64,000 nt of DNA, taken from positions 930,001 to 994,000 of the forward strand of contig OZ176058.1 in NCBI GenBank assembly GCA_964247055.1, given 5' to 3'. This document shows positions 26,861-41,800 of the stretch, one piece after another; the stretch's first letter is position 1; each line of letters starts with the position of its first letter. The translations under genes and the position numbers were made by a program. The notes beneath the pieces were generated by a model. The model did no database searches, was not told where the DNA came from, and was given only the letters and a program-made list of their open reading frames with translations. This stretch comes from Paragordius varius (lineage: Eukaryota; Animalia; Nematomorpha).

Positions 26861-27123
26861 TAGTAAAAACTGAAATTATACGGACAAAACGTAATAATAT
26901 AAAGACAAATATTTATTTCTAAAATACAACCATACTTTAATATAATTGGCAAAGTGTGAATCAGGGATATAAATTTATAGCACTATCAATTCTATATTTC
27001 ATAATTGTAACTAAATTGCTTATATAAGAAAAATACAGGTTTTAAAAAGTATGATTGTCTTTTAGAAAAAATATTTTTTTTCCTCTTTTTACTTTTGTCC
27101 GTAAAAATTCAATTTTTATTGTA
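26861..27123. mobile_element. MITE family 2 (TA-flanked CAGTAAAAA termini, Tc1/mariner-like, ~270 bp)
   Basis: Inverted ends CAGTAAAAACTGAAATTATACGGACAAAACG...AAGACAACCATACTTT; many copies, e.g. ~6488-6765, 10465-10740, 12705-12974, 13676-13930, 16375-16631, 33238-33398, 40170-40432, 41905-42163, 46687-46974, 55620-55730. Confidence 0.82.
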
Positions 27124-27139
27124 ATAATTTATATTGTTT

Positions 27140-27600
27140 AAAGTGGCCACACGCGGCCCTTCGAAATATTCCAGCACGGAAGAAAATTTGAATACAAAAT
27201 TTAACAGTAAAATTATTTTTTAAACATCTGAATCAATCTTCTAAATTCAGCCAAAAAAATGTTAAAAAATAGTTTTACAGTCTTATGTTTGAAATTTGGT
27301 AAAATATATGTTAAAACCCATAGATTTTACAAAAGCGGATCGCCGGATTTTTTGCCCGAAAATGCTGCCCGCAAAGCCAGTGAACAACACCCCTGGTTTA
27401 AATTATTATTTAAAGATTGTAATCTCAACATTTGATAAAAATTATTATTAATTTAAAAAAATTTTTGGTATTTCATTTCAATTCTGAAAAGTTTTCAGAA
27501 AATTTGTTTAAGAAAATCAATTTTACCAATTTATGTAACTGAAATTTCTCGCGGGTTGGAAAAATACTTTGGCGGGCAGCATGTTGAATACCACTTGTTT
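27140..27600. mobile_element. hAT-type terminal fragments
   Basis: GC-rich subterminal motifs GCCACACGCGGCCC and GCTGCCCGC; AACACCCCTG end at 27395; second end near 27595. Confidence 0.45.
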
Positions 27601-28792
27601 CAAAGATAATATGATTTTATTAATAGTAAAGCAAATATTTCTCATAAAGATGGTTCATGGTGACCTTCAGAAACTTAAAAAGTATAGCGGTTAATTTCCA
27701 AAAAATAATTTTTATACCGTTTTTCAAAATTTTTGATTAAATTTTATTAAATTTAAACTACATAAATTTAGTGTGACAGAAAAACATAATATTCTGATTC
27801 ATACGTTTAAATAATATTCCCATCTGCGTTATAAAACGTCAATAAAGAGTTATTAAAAAGAGTAGTGAATATTAATTTAATATATTGTTATAAATTGTTC
27901 GCTCTGATATAAAAATTTGTAATTATAAAATAGTATTATAGAAATTCCAAGATCATTATCAAAAAGTTCAATATCAATTTTTTAATATTTGCTAACAAGG
28001 TATTATCACGATATTAAAGCCCATTTGAACGACGCTTTTCAGTTGAAAGTAATGGTTATTTTTACAGTGAAGAGGCATTAAAAATATCAAGATAGCCTAT
28101 ACAGAAAATAGCAAAATTAATATGATTGAATAAAAAAATAACTGTATGCCAACACAAAGGGTTTGCTCGCCGCATTTTGGTGTCAAAAAATTGGGGTCGC
28201 ATTCGAAAATACATGGGTATTAACAAATATTTTATTAAATTATAAACATAACTATTTATTTTTAAATGCTAATCATTAACCGATATTCGGGAAGAAATAT
28301 TCAGAAAACTTGCTTAAGAAAACTTTATTCATAAATTTCGTAAAATTATGTGTGAAATTTCTCGTGGGTGCATTAATTTCATTGGCCCCTTGTTTGATCT
28401 GGTTTTTACTTATAATAACAGAAAATAAATGTTTTTAAAAATTTATCTTGCAGAAAATTCATGGTAAACTGCAACTTGAAAGCTACAAAAGTAAATTTTA
28501 CAAAATATATGTAATTGTTTTTTTAAATGTATCGTGGGTTATTTTTGTGAAATATAACAAACTTTATAAACATAGAGGGGTTTTGGACCTATATATATTT
28601 ACAAAAAAGGTATTTACAAAAAAGGTTGGATTCACTAAAATGCCATCTATTTTTAGGTAAACCTCTTCGAAAATACTGATGGAATGAAAATGGAGCTGGG
28701 AATTAAGATACAGTAAAAATTAAAGTTAAACAGACAAAACGAAACTTAAGAGATTTTTTTTCAGACATCCATACTTATACACCTTAATTTTT

Positions 28793-28835
<43 letters not shown>

Positions 28836-30514
28836 CATTTATTTGAAGTTAAAATAAATTATTGATGTTACCAATTACATATATTTTATCACAATGAGTC
28901 ATAGTTAAATTAATTAAGTATAAAAAATAGCGATCTTTTGGAAACAAACATACTTTGGTGTTTATAATTTCGATTTTTCCTCTATTTTGCTTTTTTATTA
29001 AATTTTGCGGATATCGTGAAATCTTTTTATTTTTTTTTTTAAAAAACCATACTTTAAAATATTAATTTTCCTCATATAATTGATTTATTTAGAATATAAA
29101 ATTTATAATTGATTGTATTATCAATATACATCTATATTTTATATTCTGTTGTTTAAAACATTGAATTAATTTAAATAATTTAAAAAGTGTGTTCTGTTTT
29201 TTAAAATATTTGTCATTATATTTTTACGTTTTGTCTGTATAATTGCAAGATTTTCTAATTTGGCACAATCTCAAAACATCTTTGGGATATAATTAGATAG
29301 ACCATATCGTTAACAGGTGTTATATTCTAACAGTGTTTCTGTGGGTTGGGTCAAATGGTTAATAATTTATTATATTTTTGAAATAGCCAGTCTGAAAATA
29401 TCCTATATACAGTAAGAATATAAATATTACAAGCACAATGTAAAAATTAAGAAAAACAAGTTTTAAATTGTTCTATGAAATAAATAGTAATGATGTAAAT
29501 TTTCATTTTAGAATTTTTATATTAGTAGTATTTCAATAGTTTATGGCACAAGTTTTTAAATATGGTTGTCTTTTGAATTAATTGTCTTTTAATTTATTAT
29601 ATAAATTTTAGTTTTTACCAGTGCATATAATTTCCATCACGGTCATATATATCGTTTTTAAAGGGTAGGGTTCTACCTGTAGTCACTTTTCATTTGCGTA
29701 ATAAAATGTCTAAAAAAGAAAAAGTAGGGAAATGATTATTAATTATCAATTGATTTTAATTCAATTGAAGACAAAATAGTATATAAAATTTTCAAACATT
29801 TTGTAATAAATCATTTTTTTCCCAAAAATCTATTTAATTGAAATAGTTATTTATATAAATTGTATTCGTTGAGCAATTTTAGCTGCTAATTCGACAAAAA
29901 ATACTCATATACTTTAATTGACCATTAATGTTTCATATTTGAATCCTTTTTCAATTATAAATCAAATCATTTAAATGAATATGATCAAATTTTTACAATT
30001 TAAATCTCTCGCAAGAGATATTGTAATTAAAAGATCAGTTTCTTAAAATGATGTAGTCTTGAAAATTTTATTAGTTTTTTAAAATTAACCAATCAAAACC
30101 AGCATCTGCTATAGGAATAAAAGTAGATGATCTCAAATATTTATTAGTATTAAATAAACAAAATTATCATTTTACTGAGTGTGTTACCAATGTGCATTAC
30201 TTATAATATTGCAACACAAATGATTTAAATTTGGAAAACAAAGTTAAAAATATTGCTTTTTTTAAAAAAATAATTTTAAAATTGTTACGATTCGTCTTAT
30301 ATATATAATATTCGAATTTACCCTTGAACAATTAAATTCACCCATAAAAACAAATTATTTATTTTCGGAATATAACTCATCTTTTTATGTAATATATTGT
30401 TAGTTTATTTTTTCAGTAATATATTGATTTCAAAATTTCAATTCAAAATATAAAAATTAAGGTATAATTTTAAAAACATATTCAATTTTAGGGTAAATTT
30501 AAACTCTAAATGCT

Positions 30515-30552
<38 letters not shown>

Positions 30553-31251
30553 TATTCGATGTTAAAATTAGGTTTTTTTAGCAAAATAGATGGTGCTTTT
30601 ATGATCGTACAATATCTATAAATTATATAAAAATCTTAATGATATATATTGGTACTTTAAAAGACTCATAAAACTAAATTATCCACACTCAAAATTTTTC
30701 TTTATATTCCCTAGTGCAAAATATCAGATTTATATCCAGTTGTTCGCTTTAACTAATGGTGATAAAAAAATGCTTAAGTCTTGACTTGCAAGTTTTCAAT
30801 TAATTTTTTAGACATAAAATCAATTAATATTTGGAGCGGCGCATATCAAAAACTGGTTTAATATTATTTATAGCATAAAATTCACTAAGTCAATAAATCA
30901 AGTCTTTTATCACAAATGATTCGAATGGCGTTTACATTTATTATAGAGATATGATAAGATTTAATAAAATTTTACTGTATAATTTACTATGAAATACAAT
31001 AAATTCAAAGTTAAAAACTTTTAATTTTTAAAATATTTTAGTTTTATTGAGCTTAAAATTCATTATGACTTTGTTATTATGCACGTTTTCTTGGCTATTT
31101 GGTAATACAGTAGCGTATTCTTTACAATGCGTCAATTATTAAAAAAATTAATACTGGATAAAGGGTATTATTTAACCATTTTTTTAAATTTATTAATTAT
31201 GTTTTCCTGTAATTATACATCAACCATATAGAGAAATTAAAAATAAATATA

Positions 31252-31292
<41 letters not shown>

Positions 31293-34200
31293 TTGTACAG
31301 AGAAAAACAAATGTAAGATTTAGTATGTTAATTTTGAATATTTATAATTACCGATGCAAATTTTATTGGAAATATTGAGGTAACTAATGATAATATTATT
31401 TTATATACAATTTCTCATTAATCGAACTAGAATATGTTATGCAAGAAATTATATATATCTTGACTATATTTATTCTTTATAATTAAAACTCTAATTGCGA
31501 TTATCCGAACCCCTAACTGATTACGAATGCAAAATATTTCTATATTAACCAAAAGGATTTGAAATTAATGTTTTAGATTGTTTGATATTTGGTTAACACA
31601 ATATTTAATTAAAACTTAAATAATTATATATCTATCATCGAGAGCAATTAACCAATATAATCATATAAAAACATGTAATTATTTTTTGTTTTTTTATAAA
31701 TATTTATAAAAACATCGACGGTTGTATGTAAACAAACACTTAATTATATTTAGATGAATTAAAATTTATTCATGTAATTTTGGCTAATTCATATAATTTA
31801 AGCACAACCAAAAAATCTTTTAAAAATGTACAATTTTCAAACTTTTCGCAACTGTTTTAAATAAATGTATTTTTTGAGTTGTATTAGCTTGTTGTATCAT
31901 AGCTTATTAATTTAGGATATTTTAACATTAAAGCTAAAATTCTCAAATCACTTAGAAATATATAATAATATGTCATAAAACATAAAAAGTTATACACTAT
32001 ATTTACCTCAAATACATTCTTGAACATCAATTTATCCTTAAACATTTCAAATTCATCCTAAAAATAGGTTATGTGTTGTGACTAATATATCATAAAAATG
32101 AATTATTGTATTAGTCTATTATTTTTTAGGCATGTTATTATTAATACGAACTCATTTTTTGATATACAAAAATATTTATTTTTTTATATTCAAAAAAATT
32201 TATTTCAGAATGAATTAAATTGTTCGAGGGCGAATTTGAATTTTTCAAGGGTAAAAAGCTGTAAATGTTATAAATTTCTAATTTATCAATTACTACTTTC
32301 CTGAATAAATGGCTTAGTCACTCTCTGCGCAATTATAAATGATAAAAAAACTACCGGGTTAAAATTTACATGAGCTTATATATTTATCGAAAGTTTGTCA
32401 TAACAATTATGCAGTTTCTATTTTCAAAATAGGTTGGGCTAAGCTAATTTAAAGTGAGGAAAAAATTCAAAAAAGGCTTAGTTACTATCGGACCATTTGT
32501 AAAACATGTATAAAATACCCTATTGAAACTGAATAGGCCGACACGTTTTTCGGAACGGCTTTCAAACTCATAATTTTATGGGCTTTCACTTTTTCAAAGA
32601 ATCGCGATTTTTATACCGGTGCGGTAAAACTGAGGGCCTAATTAAAAGGCTAGTTATTCTCGGCGATAAATGGTTAAATAAATTACTTCAATGGGAATAA
32701 GCTTATCCGTTTTCTACAAACGTTACTTGAAGATCACACTTTATTTAGATATAGATAAACTTAAAACGCTTCTGATTCATTTGACCGAATGAGAAAAAAA
32801 CAATTATTTTTGATATTATAGAAGTTAGCCTTGGATGCCTTGCTTATAATTATTTTCTGAACTATATAATAAAAAATATTTTGAACGGTAAAAAATATAT
32901 TTTAAATCTTTTAAACCTTTATATTATTTAAATCGCAAAATAAATATTCTAGTTAAATTTAAAAACAAGTATACAACTATTATCTTAGCAACATATAAAT
33001 AATAATCCACCCATAAATTAGTAAAAACAAAAACATAAAATGCCAAAATTTGTTTTAGATTAAAACTGTGGCCCGAAAATGTTGTATAAACGAATTTTCT
33101 AGAACCAATTAAAAAAATTGTTTGAAACCGAACAGAAACGGATTTCGTTATGATGCTCGATTTTAATAAATTTTCATTGTGAATAGCCATTATGTCTATC
33201 AAATGATTTACAATATATAGTTTTTGTAACCAAATTACAGTAAAAATTGGAATTATACGGAAACGAAATATTTTAATAATTTTTTTACCAGACTATCATT
33301 CCTTTTTAAACCTTTATTTTTCCTTTTTAAACATTTTGTCTTTTAGAAAAAATTTTGTCTTTATTTTTTTACGTTTTGTCCAATAAATTCTTTTACTGTA
33401 TATACTTTTTTAAACTCTCCTACTTTTCCAATCAATTTAATATTCATTGAGATCTCTTTAAACAAATTTTTATATTTCGCCAAACCTGTCAGATTGATTA
33501 TAAATTTATATTGCAGGTTTTCTTTTGCGTTGGTTTATTTAGTTATATTTTTTATACCAACTTACGACTTTCATATATTTTTTTGACTAATTTAAAAAGT
33601 AATATATAATTTTTTTGTTCACAGTGTATAGAGAGTTTTTAGTTTATATGGGATATTCTTTCAATAAATAGATGGTAGTTTTTTCGCCTTCACTTAATAT
33701 ATAAGATTTTATATACAAATTGATAGCATTTTAATTCTGGTACAATATTTTAAATTATCTACAATAAATTTTAATAATAAATACACAAAGCCAAATAAAT
33801 TATTTTTTTAAAAAAACTGATGCAAGAATACTCTTGATATTGTCCATCCATCGCGTTTTACGCGTCCTCTATTATTAATTTTTGGCTAATAATTATTTAA
33901 TTATAAACAATAACAGTATATTACAAATTTTCTTTATTGTAATTTTAATAATTCACAATAAATATATACAGATAAAAATTTAAACGCTACTACAAAATGT
34001 AAAAACATAAAGACAAATAATTATTTTAAAACATAATTTTATTTGTTTTCCCTTGGTATCTAAGTAAACTAATTATTTATGAAATATAAATTTGGATAAG
34101 TTACAATTTCCAATTTCAATCCTTAATGTGCAATCTTAAACGTTTTTAAAAAAACCTATAGGTTTAAATATGGTGTTTTTTAAAAATGTATTCTTTACAT

Positions 34201-34729
34201 TTGACTGTATATATATCACTAACAATAATAAATCAAGATTAGCCCTGTTTATTAAAATTATTTATCTCTAACCTTTTATAGGATTCCCAGAAATTTAATT
34301 CCCGAAAATTTTTTTACCAAATAACCAATGTACTGTTTAAAAAATAATCCAGTTATTTGCTATTAGAAAGATGATATAAAAAAATTATACGGAACTTAAA
34401 TACTAAAGGATTTTTTTTAAAGGCAGCCACATTTTTTAATCTATTTTTTTGAAATATAAATTATCGATTTGGGTGCGAAATGGGAAATTTGGATATAAAT
34501 CCGTACTCTCCATACAAAAACTGTAATTAAATAGTTGATGTAGAAAAAATTATGGTTCGCAAAAACATGGCTGTCTCTACAAATTGTATTCAAGTTTTAT
34601 GTTTGTTTTCATTAGTGTAAATACCCTTTAATTAACTAATTTCCCATAGTATTTAACTCTTCTATAGTCAATTTTAATAATGTAAATGATGTTAGAATCG
34701 TCGTAAAATAACGCAATAAAAATATAATT

Positions 34730-34775
34730 TATTTATTCTCAAATTTTCGCCATAGGCATCATCAGGAGATTAGTT
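34730..34775 (-). ncRNA. Putative minimal hammerhead ribozyme core in the Penelope 3' repeat
   Basis: Minus strand reads CTAATCTC-CTGATGA-T-GCC-TAT-GGC-GAAA-ATTT-GAGAAT: conserved core, 3-bp stem II, palindromic AAATTT, partial stem I pairing. Confidence 0.62.
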
Positions 34776-35104
34776 AAGAAAAATATATATAATATTAGAA
34801 AAATAAAAATTAAATTAAAAAATGAACAAAATTATGGTTGATATTACTTATATAGGAAAAAAATCACAAAAAAACCGTTAGACAAAAGAAAGAAAGATCA
34901 CAAAGAAACCGTTGTGATGTAAAATAACCAAATGTGCATTTTTTTTACAAAAATTAATTGTAATGCTATAAATAAAATAATAATTTAACATGAAACAATG
35001 TAGGCGTAAAATTATTAAAATTTAAGTAATATATACACTATAAAATGGTTTGTCATTAAAAATTCGATAATTTTTGATAAATGATTTAGTTTCAGAATTT
35101 ATAT

Positions 35105-35360
35105 CTTACCTTTTTTCACGGCGATTAAGCAAACCATCTTCTGCGCTCTGTATAAAGAGTGCTTCTTTTGTTATCCTTGCGCTGTATTATCTTTCAATGG
35201 CTAAAACGTCAATTCTGTGTGTGCATTCATGGTTGTTATCCATGCAATGCAGAAACATGGCCGAACTTTTGCTTTTCTGATGTTTATATCATACCTTTAA
35301 GCTCCGCTTTGACAGGCCTATGTAAATTGCCGGGCATATCGTGTTTTTCATTTCCACTTC
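35105..35360 (-). pseudogene. GIY-YIG endonuclease domain of the Penelope-like element, with stops
   Basis: ICPAIYIGLSKRSLKV*YKHQKSKSSAMFLHCMDNNH...VLAIER*YSARITKEALFIQ...LLNRRE. Confidence 0.88.
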
Positions 35361-35800
35361 CTTAGACTTTAACATTTTTAAAACGTTTGATGTTGGGTTT
35401 ATAAACTACTTTTATGGTATCTTTCTTTTTCAAAATTCTCCCGAGACTTTCTGATGTAGCGCTATAGGGTAGGCAAACAAATTTTACACGATTGTTCTTT
35501 CGGAGGGATGAGTTACGTCTGTTGACCATGAAGTTTCTGTGGGAAGGATGGGTTGGCATGGAACACAACCATCCGGATTTGCCGACATGGGAGCTAGGTT
35601 TCTTTTTAGAATTTTATTTACTGCTGTTGTAATCCATTCTTTTTGATAGCCTTGTTATAGCAAATACTGTACAATTTCATTTGTTTGGTATATCTGCATT
35701 TTTACTGTATTGGGTAAGAGAAGTGTGCTTTGGTAACTGGATACTATAGCCTTGTATGTTTTTAATAAAATTTTTATTTTCTTATATTAGAATTTTTCTT

Positions 35801-35845
35801 AACTAATCTCCTGATGATGCCTATGACGAAAATTTAAGAATTAAT
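35801..35845 (+). ncRNA. Second, degenerate minimal hammerhead core in the inverted terminal copy
   Basis: CTAATCTC-CTGATGA-TGCC-TAT-GAC-GAAA-ATTTAAGAAT; one stem II mismatch. Confidence 0.5.
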
Positions 35846-38424
35846 AAATTATATTTGTATTTTTGCGTTATTTTAGGGCGATTCTAACATCATTTACATT
35901 AATTTTAATTATAATTAAAAAATATTTTTATTTCTGCGTTATTTAATATATCCTTAGATTTCCAAATTCACATATGGTAAAAACGAAAATCAAACAGACA
36001 AAATAAAAAAAAATTTTTTTACTAAATAAGCCATTTTTTCATTTTATTCTGAAAACTATTATCTGCAATAAAATTTTATGTAATTAAGTGGACCTATTAC
36101 ACACTTACATTCTAAATTTGCAACCTATAACGACGAGTTAATAATCAAGTTTTAATAATGTATAGTTTTTTTGACAATATGTAATATTATTTATAATTTT
36201 TTTACTAATTTCAAAGTTAATTAAAAAATATTTTGTTTTAAAATAAATGATTTTATGTCTTATGCATTTCTTTACATTATCATTTTTTTATTATTTTGAT
36301 GTAGTTTTACCCCAAAACTTAAACTATAACGACAGTTTTGAAAGTTGTTTTGATTATAACTTAATTAAATAAGTCTTATATCATGTATTAGGTGAAAATA
36401 CAATCTCAAAAACATGTGAACACGATTAAAACGAACAGCTGATGCTAAAATCATTATATATTTAAAATTTGGTAAGTTGCAATTTTAAAACCTTCCCAAG
36501 TTAATTTTTATATTTTCATTCATAATATACAATTAATGTGTATTGTATTCACAATTAAAAAAAATGACATAAAAATTTGAGTTAAGGATTTTTCTATAAT
36601 TTTACATTATTGAAAATTTTTTTATTTTAGGCCTAAATGAGAAACCTTATTTAATTGGCTTAATGCTAAATTTTTATGATATTTAAATTTTAAATGACTA
36701 TGGGATATAAATTTACGCCATAAAATCATGGAGTGTTAAGAAATTAATATTAATTTTTCTATTTATTTTTTTGGTTTTTTTTAATTTTGAAAACTGTTTA
36801 ATAAATTCAATTGTTTTTAATATATGTGTTAGATAAAAATGATATATCTATTTAAAAATAAAAAAGGTATATTTTGATATTTAATTTTTAATAAACTTTT
36901 CTTTTGTTATCATGTTTGCAATAATATACCCATAGAATAGTATTTTCAACAAAATATTTACATCAACTCTTATTTTTTTTATATTTAATGCAGTGTTATA
37001 AAATATATACTTTAATTAATATATTTAATTTAATATTGGAATTATACAGACAAACATAACAATTTATACAAAAAAAGAATATTGCATCAAATTTTAATCG
37101 GGTGGAAATTTAGCGTGAGTTATTGCTATAAAAATTAGATTGCTTTGACAGTTCGATTCAAATGTTGAAGTTTAAAACAAAAATTCATTTAAAAATTTGT
37201 CCTATAATTTTTACATTTTAAAAGTATTTTTAATATTCTGTAAACAATTGTGTCCAACACATCTATTTATTATTTATCTGTATTGAATTCGTTGAAAAAA
37301 TATTTTTTTATTAAATTTTTTTGTTAAGTACCCCTCACGATAAGCCAAATAAAAATCCCATAGTGAGTATTGATTATGATATCTCAAAATATTTTTGAGT
37401 GTAATTTAAATAATTTTTTTCAATTTATCTTGAAGAACATTCTTAATATACCGTTCATCTCCCTTCTTATCAATTTCGTGTTGCATATTAAAAAATAAAT
37501 ACTATACCATATCATTTGATATTTTTTACTGATATAATTATCAAATCTTTTTTATGCTTATCAAATAATAATTTATACATATATTTGTCATAATTTTAAT
37601 CGAGTGATATTTCTTTAATATTTTGTTTACTTTAAAAAGTTATATGGCAAATTATAAAAGATGATAGAAATAAATTTTTCAGATATTTACAGTAAAAATG
37701 GAAACGAAATCGATACGTAGAAATATAAAGACATATGTTTTTTTTTAAAAAAACCATACTTTTTCTATCTTAAGTTTTATTAATATCGCCCATTGTTTAT
37801 AACTGTTAAGCACAAGTAAAGATTAAATTATGTATTATCATATTTATATATGATTTTTATGGGATAAATTAAGGTTTAAAAAGGTATTTCCTTTTAGAAA
37901 AAATTTTCCTCTTTGTAATTTTAATAAATAAATAGATGGCTTATTTAAGATATATAAGTGTTAAACATAAAGAAGTTTCATAATGTGACTCATGAAAATA
38001 GTTATATTAAAAGTGTTAAATAATTTAAAACTATATAAAATAATAACTGTTTTGCTTAGCTTTTTGATAAAATTATTTAGGGTTATTTTATATTATACCA
38101 CTTCACATCGGCTTCACACAATCGCCTATCTTTCAGTATGTTTTAATTTTTGGTTGATTTACCTATATTTTCACATTGAAAAAGTTATTTATTTATTTAT
38201 TTTAAATAAAAAATCTAAATCTTTTGATTTTTTAAAACAAATATTTATCCTTATGAGGTAAAATTAAGGATCAAAAGATAATTGTTCTTTTGAAACATTC
38301 ATAATTCGATAGAAATGTTAAGGCGGTTAACATTGAAAAAAATATTTTTCTTGCTATAAACCAAAAATTAAAAACGGTACCACCTTGTACATTATAGAAA
38401 AATGCTAAAACTAAACGCAAGTTA

Positions 38425-38650
38425 TTACAGTGATGTATCCTTTATTTTATCAAAAATTTATTTTTTTGTTAAATGGGTATAGATATTTGGTAAAGAATGG
38501 AAAAACAAGAGCTCTATAATAATTTTTATACTTTTTTGATAAATATGATATTGTTTATAGCATAGAGCTCTTGTTTCCACTCTTTAATGAATATTTATAC
38601 CCGTTTAACGAAAATAAATTTTTGATAAAATAAAGGATACATGACTGTAT
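38425..38650. mobile_element. MITE family 3 copy, reverse paralog of 8242-8470
   Basis: Same arms, reversed spacer, same neighbouring sequence. Confidence 0.82.
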
Positions 38651-38750
38651 TTGAAATAACGATTCTGAGGGTTTTTGAAAAACTCACAGGTATTAAAGAT
38701 CAAAATTGCACTTTGGCAAATCTGAATAAAACTTGTTCATATGCCATATT

Positions 38751-38758
<8 letters not shown>

Positions 38759-38820
<62 letters not shown>
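38759..38820. repeat. (AT)n microsatellite (paralog of 8090-8150)
   Basis: Perfect run of about 60 bp. Confidence 0.95.
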
Positions 38821-38828
<8 letters not shown>

Positions 38829-41800
38829 GTATCTGTGAAAGGTTTACCCAATAATTAGACGTGCTCAAAAAATGAAATTTTTTGATGATGAATTAAACGC
38901 AAGCCTAAAATCATTACTACAAACGAGCCAATAAATATATTTTAAATACTTTTCCATACATTTTAGCAAGAAAAAATCTATCGACTCAGTTTTTTTAATT
39001 TATGGAGTTTTATGTTCAAAAGCCGGGATCAATAAAATTGCGGAATACACAATATTTTTATTATAAAATACCTACAAACCTCCTATAATATAATCTATTT
39101 TTATAGAGGGTGTTTAATTGCTGTTAAAATAAAAATTATAAAGACAAAGAAAAAAATTTAAGGACAAATATTTCAAAAGACAGCTATACTTTAAACAATC
39201 TTTTCTTATTAAAATTCCCACAATAAAAATAAAACAATGATTTTCATACCTATTTGATATTATTAAAATCTTTATATTATTATTTAAAGATGTATGGACA
39301 ATTTAAATTTTTATATTTTTTATGTATAGAACGCGATAAAAATAATTGGGTTAGACCCAAGCAGATGATGTGATGGATGATTAGATAAGGTCATTTAGAT
39401 ATTTGTCAATAAAATGATGGATGAATATTCAGATATGTTTTTTAAATGATTTTATAAATAAAAATAATGTAAAATTTTATTAAATATTTAATAGTCATGA
39501 ATTGAAATAAATCTTTTAAGCTAAAAGTGTATAAAAACCATTAAATACAGTGTATATGAGTGTCTTATGCATCTCATATTCTATGGTTAATTTTTGGTCA
39601 ATTTACTAATCTTTTTAAGTAAATCAGACAGCTATACTCCTTCAAAACCCATCACTTTAAATACCTGAATTATAAATTACCAACTTAACACGATAAGTTA
39701 TATCTAAAATTTAAATTTCAGTCTTTTCTTACTGTAAGTCTTCATATATAGATGGCGGGTTTAATCTTCATATAATAATATATTATTAAAAATATTTATA
39801 CACTTTATTTAATGTGTTAGTAATTTTCAATAGATTATAATTTTGTTTTAAAATATATTTTCTTTTTAAAGAACCAATAATATTACATGTTTAATATGGC
39901 CTTGTTTGTTGCGTAGCACTTTTCTTCATATATTCTAAATTATATTAATACTAATGACGCTCTCGTTAGTATTTAAATTTTTGGCTCATATAACTCTCAA
40001 ACACTCCTTTAAATTAAAAAAAATCATAACAGTAAACATTACATTATAAAAAAATTTTCGATTTTGATCGAAAACCAGATCATTAACGAAAATATTTGTT
40101 CATTCACATATATTTTACAAATGTGGCCAGTAAATAGAGAAAATGAAATTATACAGACAAAATGTCAAATTATAATAAATTAAAATTATACGGACAAAAT
40201 TTAAAAACATAAAGGCAAATTTTTTCTAAAAGATAATAGATGCTTTTTAAATCTTGATTGATTCAAATACTCATTGATTTAAATTGCAAAATATAAAATA
40301 GAGATGTTTGGAAATACAATCCATAACAATCTTAAGATTATTATTGATATATTTAATAGAATAAAGGTATACTGAAAAAAAAATTGTCCTTATATTTTTA
40401 CGTTTTGTCCGTATAATTTATATTTTACTGTAAAATATAAAAATAAACTGCAAAAGGAACCATACTTTTAATTCCTTCATATCATTTTGGGCCGCAAAAT
40501 AAAAAATAAAGATGAAATTGGTTACACTCATAATTAAATATTCCAAAATTGAAATTAAACAATATGTAGGAATATCAAGGTTTAAAATGGTTGTCTTTTT
40601 TGATTTTGTCTGTATAATTTTAATATTTAATGTTATTGCCATGAATAAATAAACGACCAATAAAAAATTATTACAAGGAATACTTTTTGATTCGGCTTAT
40701 TACCATTATGATGTATAATTTAGAAATTATATCTTCTACCGATGTAATTTTTTATTTTCCTTAATAGCTGACTGAATTGTTCGAGGGCGAATTTGAATTA
40801 TCAAGGGTGAATTCTAGCTGTAAATGTTATAATCACTTAAATTAACTCAAATTTGCCACTTCCCGAATAAATGGCTTAGTCTCTCTCGGCGCAATTATAT
40901 ATAAAAAATTAGTTTCAAATTTACAAGGGCTTTTACGTTTTAGGAAAGATTGTCTTAACAATATTAAGCTTCTATTTTGAAAATAAATTGGGCTAAGCTA
41001 ATTTCGAAAAAAGCTTAGGTTCGAAGAAATTATCAAACAATAAGAAAAGTAACTATTGAAACTAGCCAACAATTCTGTCAAAAACCCGATTTTCTCATAA
41101 GTGGAGGGTCAGAGTAAGGAACTAATCTAAATAAAGCTTAGTTATATACGATGCCTTTGTAAAACATTAAAAAAGTACCCTATTGAAACTGAATATGCCT
41201 ATATGTTTTTCGGCAACGGCTTTCAAACTCATAAATTTATAGGCTTTCACTATTTTAAAACGCGATTTTATACAGGGTGGGGGAAAACTGAGGGTTAAGC
41301 TAGTCATTATCGGCGTATTTAAAAATGGCTTAATAATTTTTACTTGATTGGGAATAAGCTACTCAGTTTTCTAAGCGTTACTCAAAGGTCACACTTTATA
41401 AAAACATAATAACCTAAAAAAACGCGTATCTTTCATTCCGAATGTATGAAAGAAAAAAAAATTAATTTTATAGAAATAAGCCTAGGATACCTTGATTAAA
41501 TTTGTTATTACTATATTACATTAATATATATTGTGAACGGCAAAAATATGTTTCATTTAAACCCTTATATTATTTAAATCACAAAAATATTATCTAGATA
41601 TTTAATTTAAAAACCATACAACAAATATTTTATTAATATATAAATATTAATCCACCAAAAAATTTAAAAAAAATATATAAAAAAAAACAAATTGCCAAAT
41701 TTTAGATTCAAACTATGGCCCGAAAATGTTGTATATATGAAACCTCAATATACTCGGTAGAAAATCTCTTTTATTTAAATTTTTTTTAACCCCGACAGAA

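Larger units (their letters stand above)
34678..35901 (-). mobile_element. 5'-truncated Penelope-like retroelement with inverted terminal repeats
   Basis: Post-RT linker EIVQYLL*QGYQKEWI and VCLPYSATSESLGRILKKKDTIKVVYKP, then a GIY-YIG domain. ~145-bp inverted repeats at 34678-34822 and 35757-35901. Absent from the paralogous site near 14960. Confidence 0.88.
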
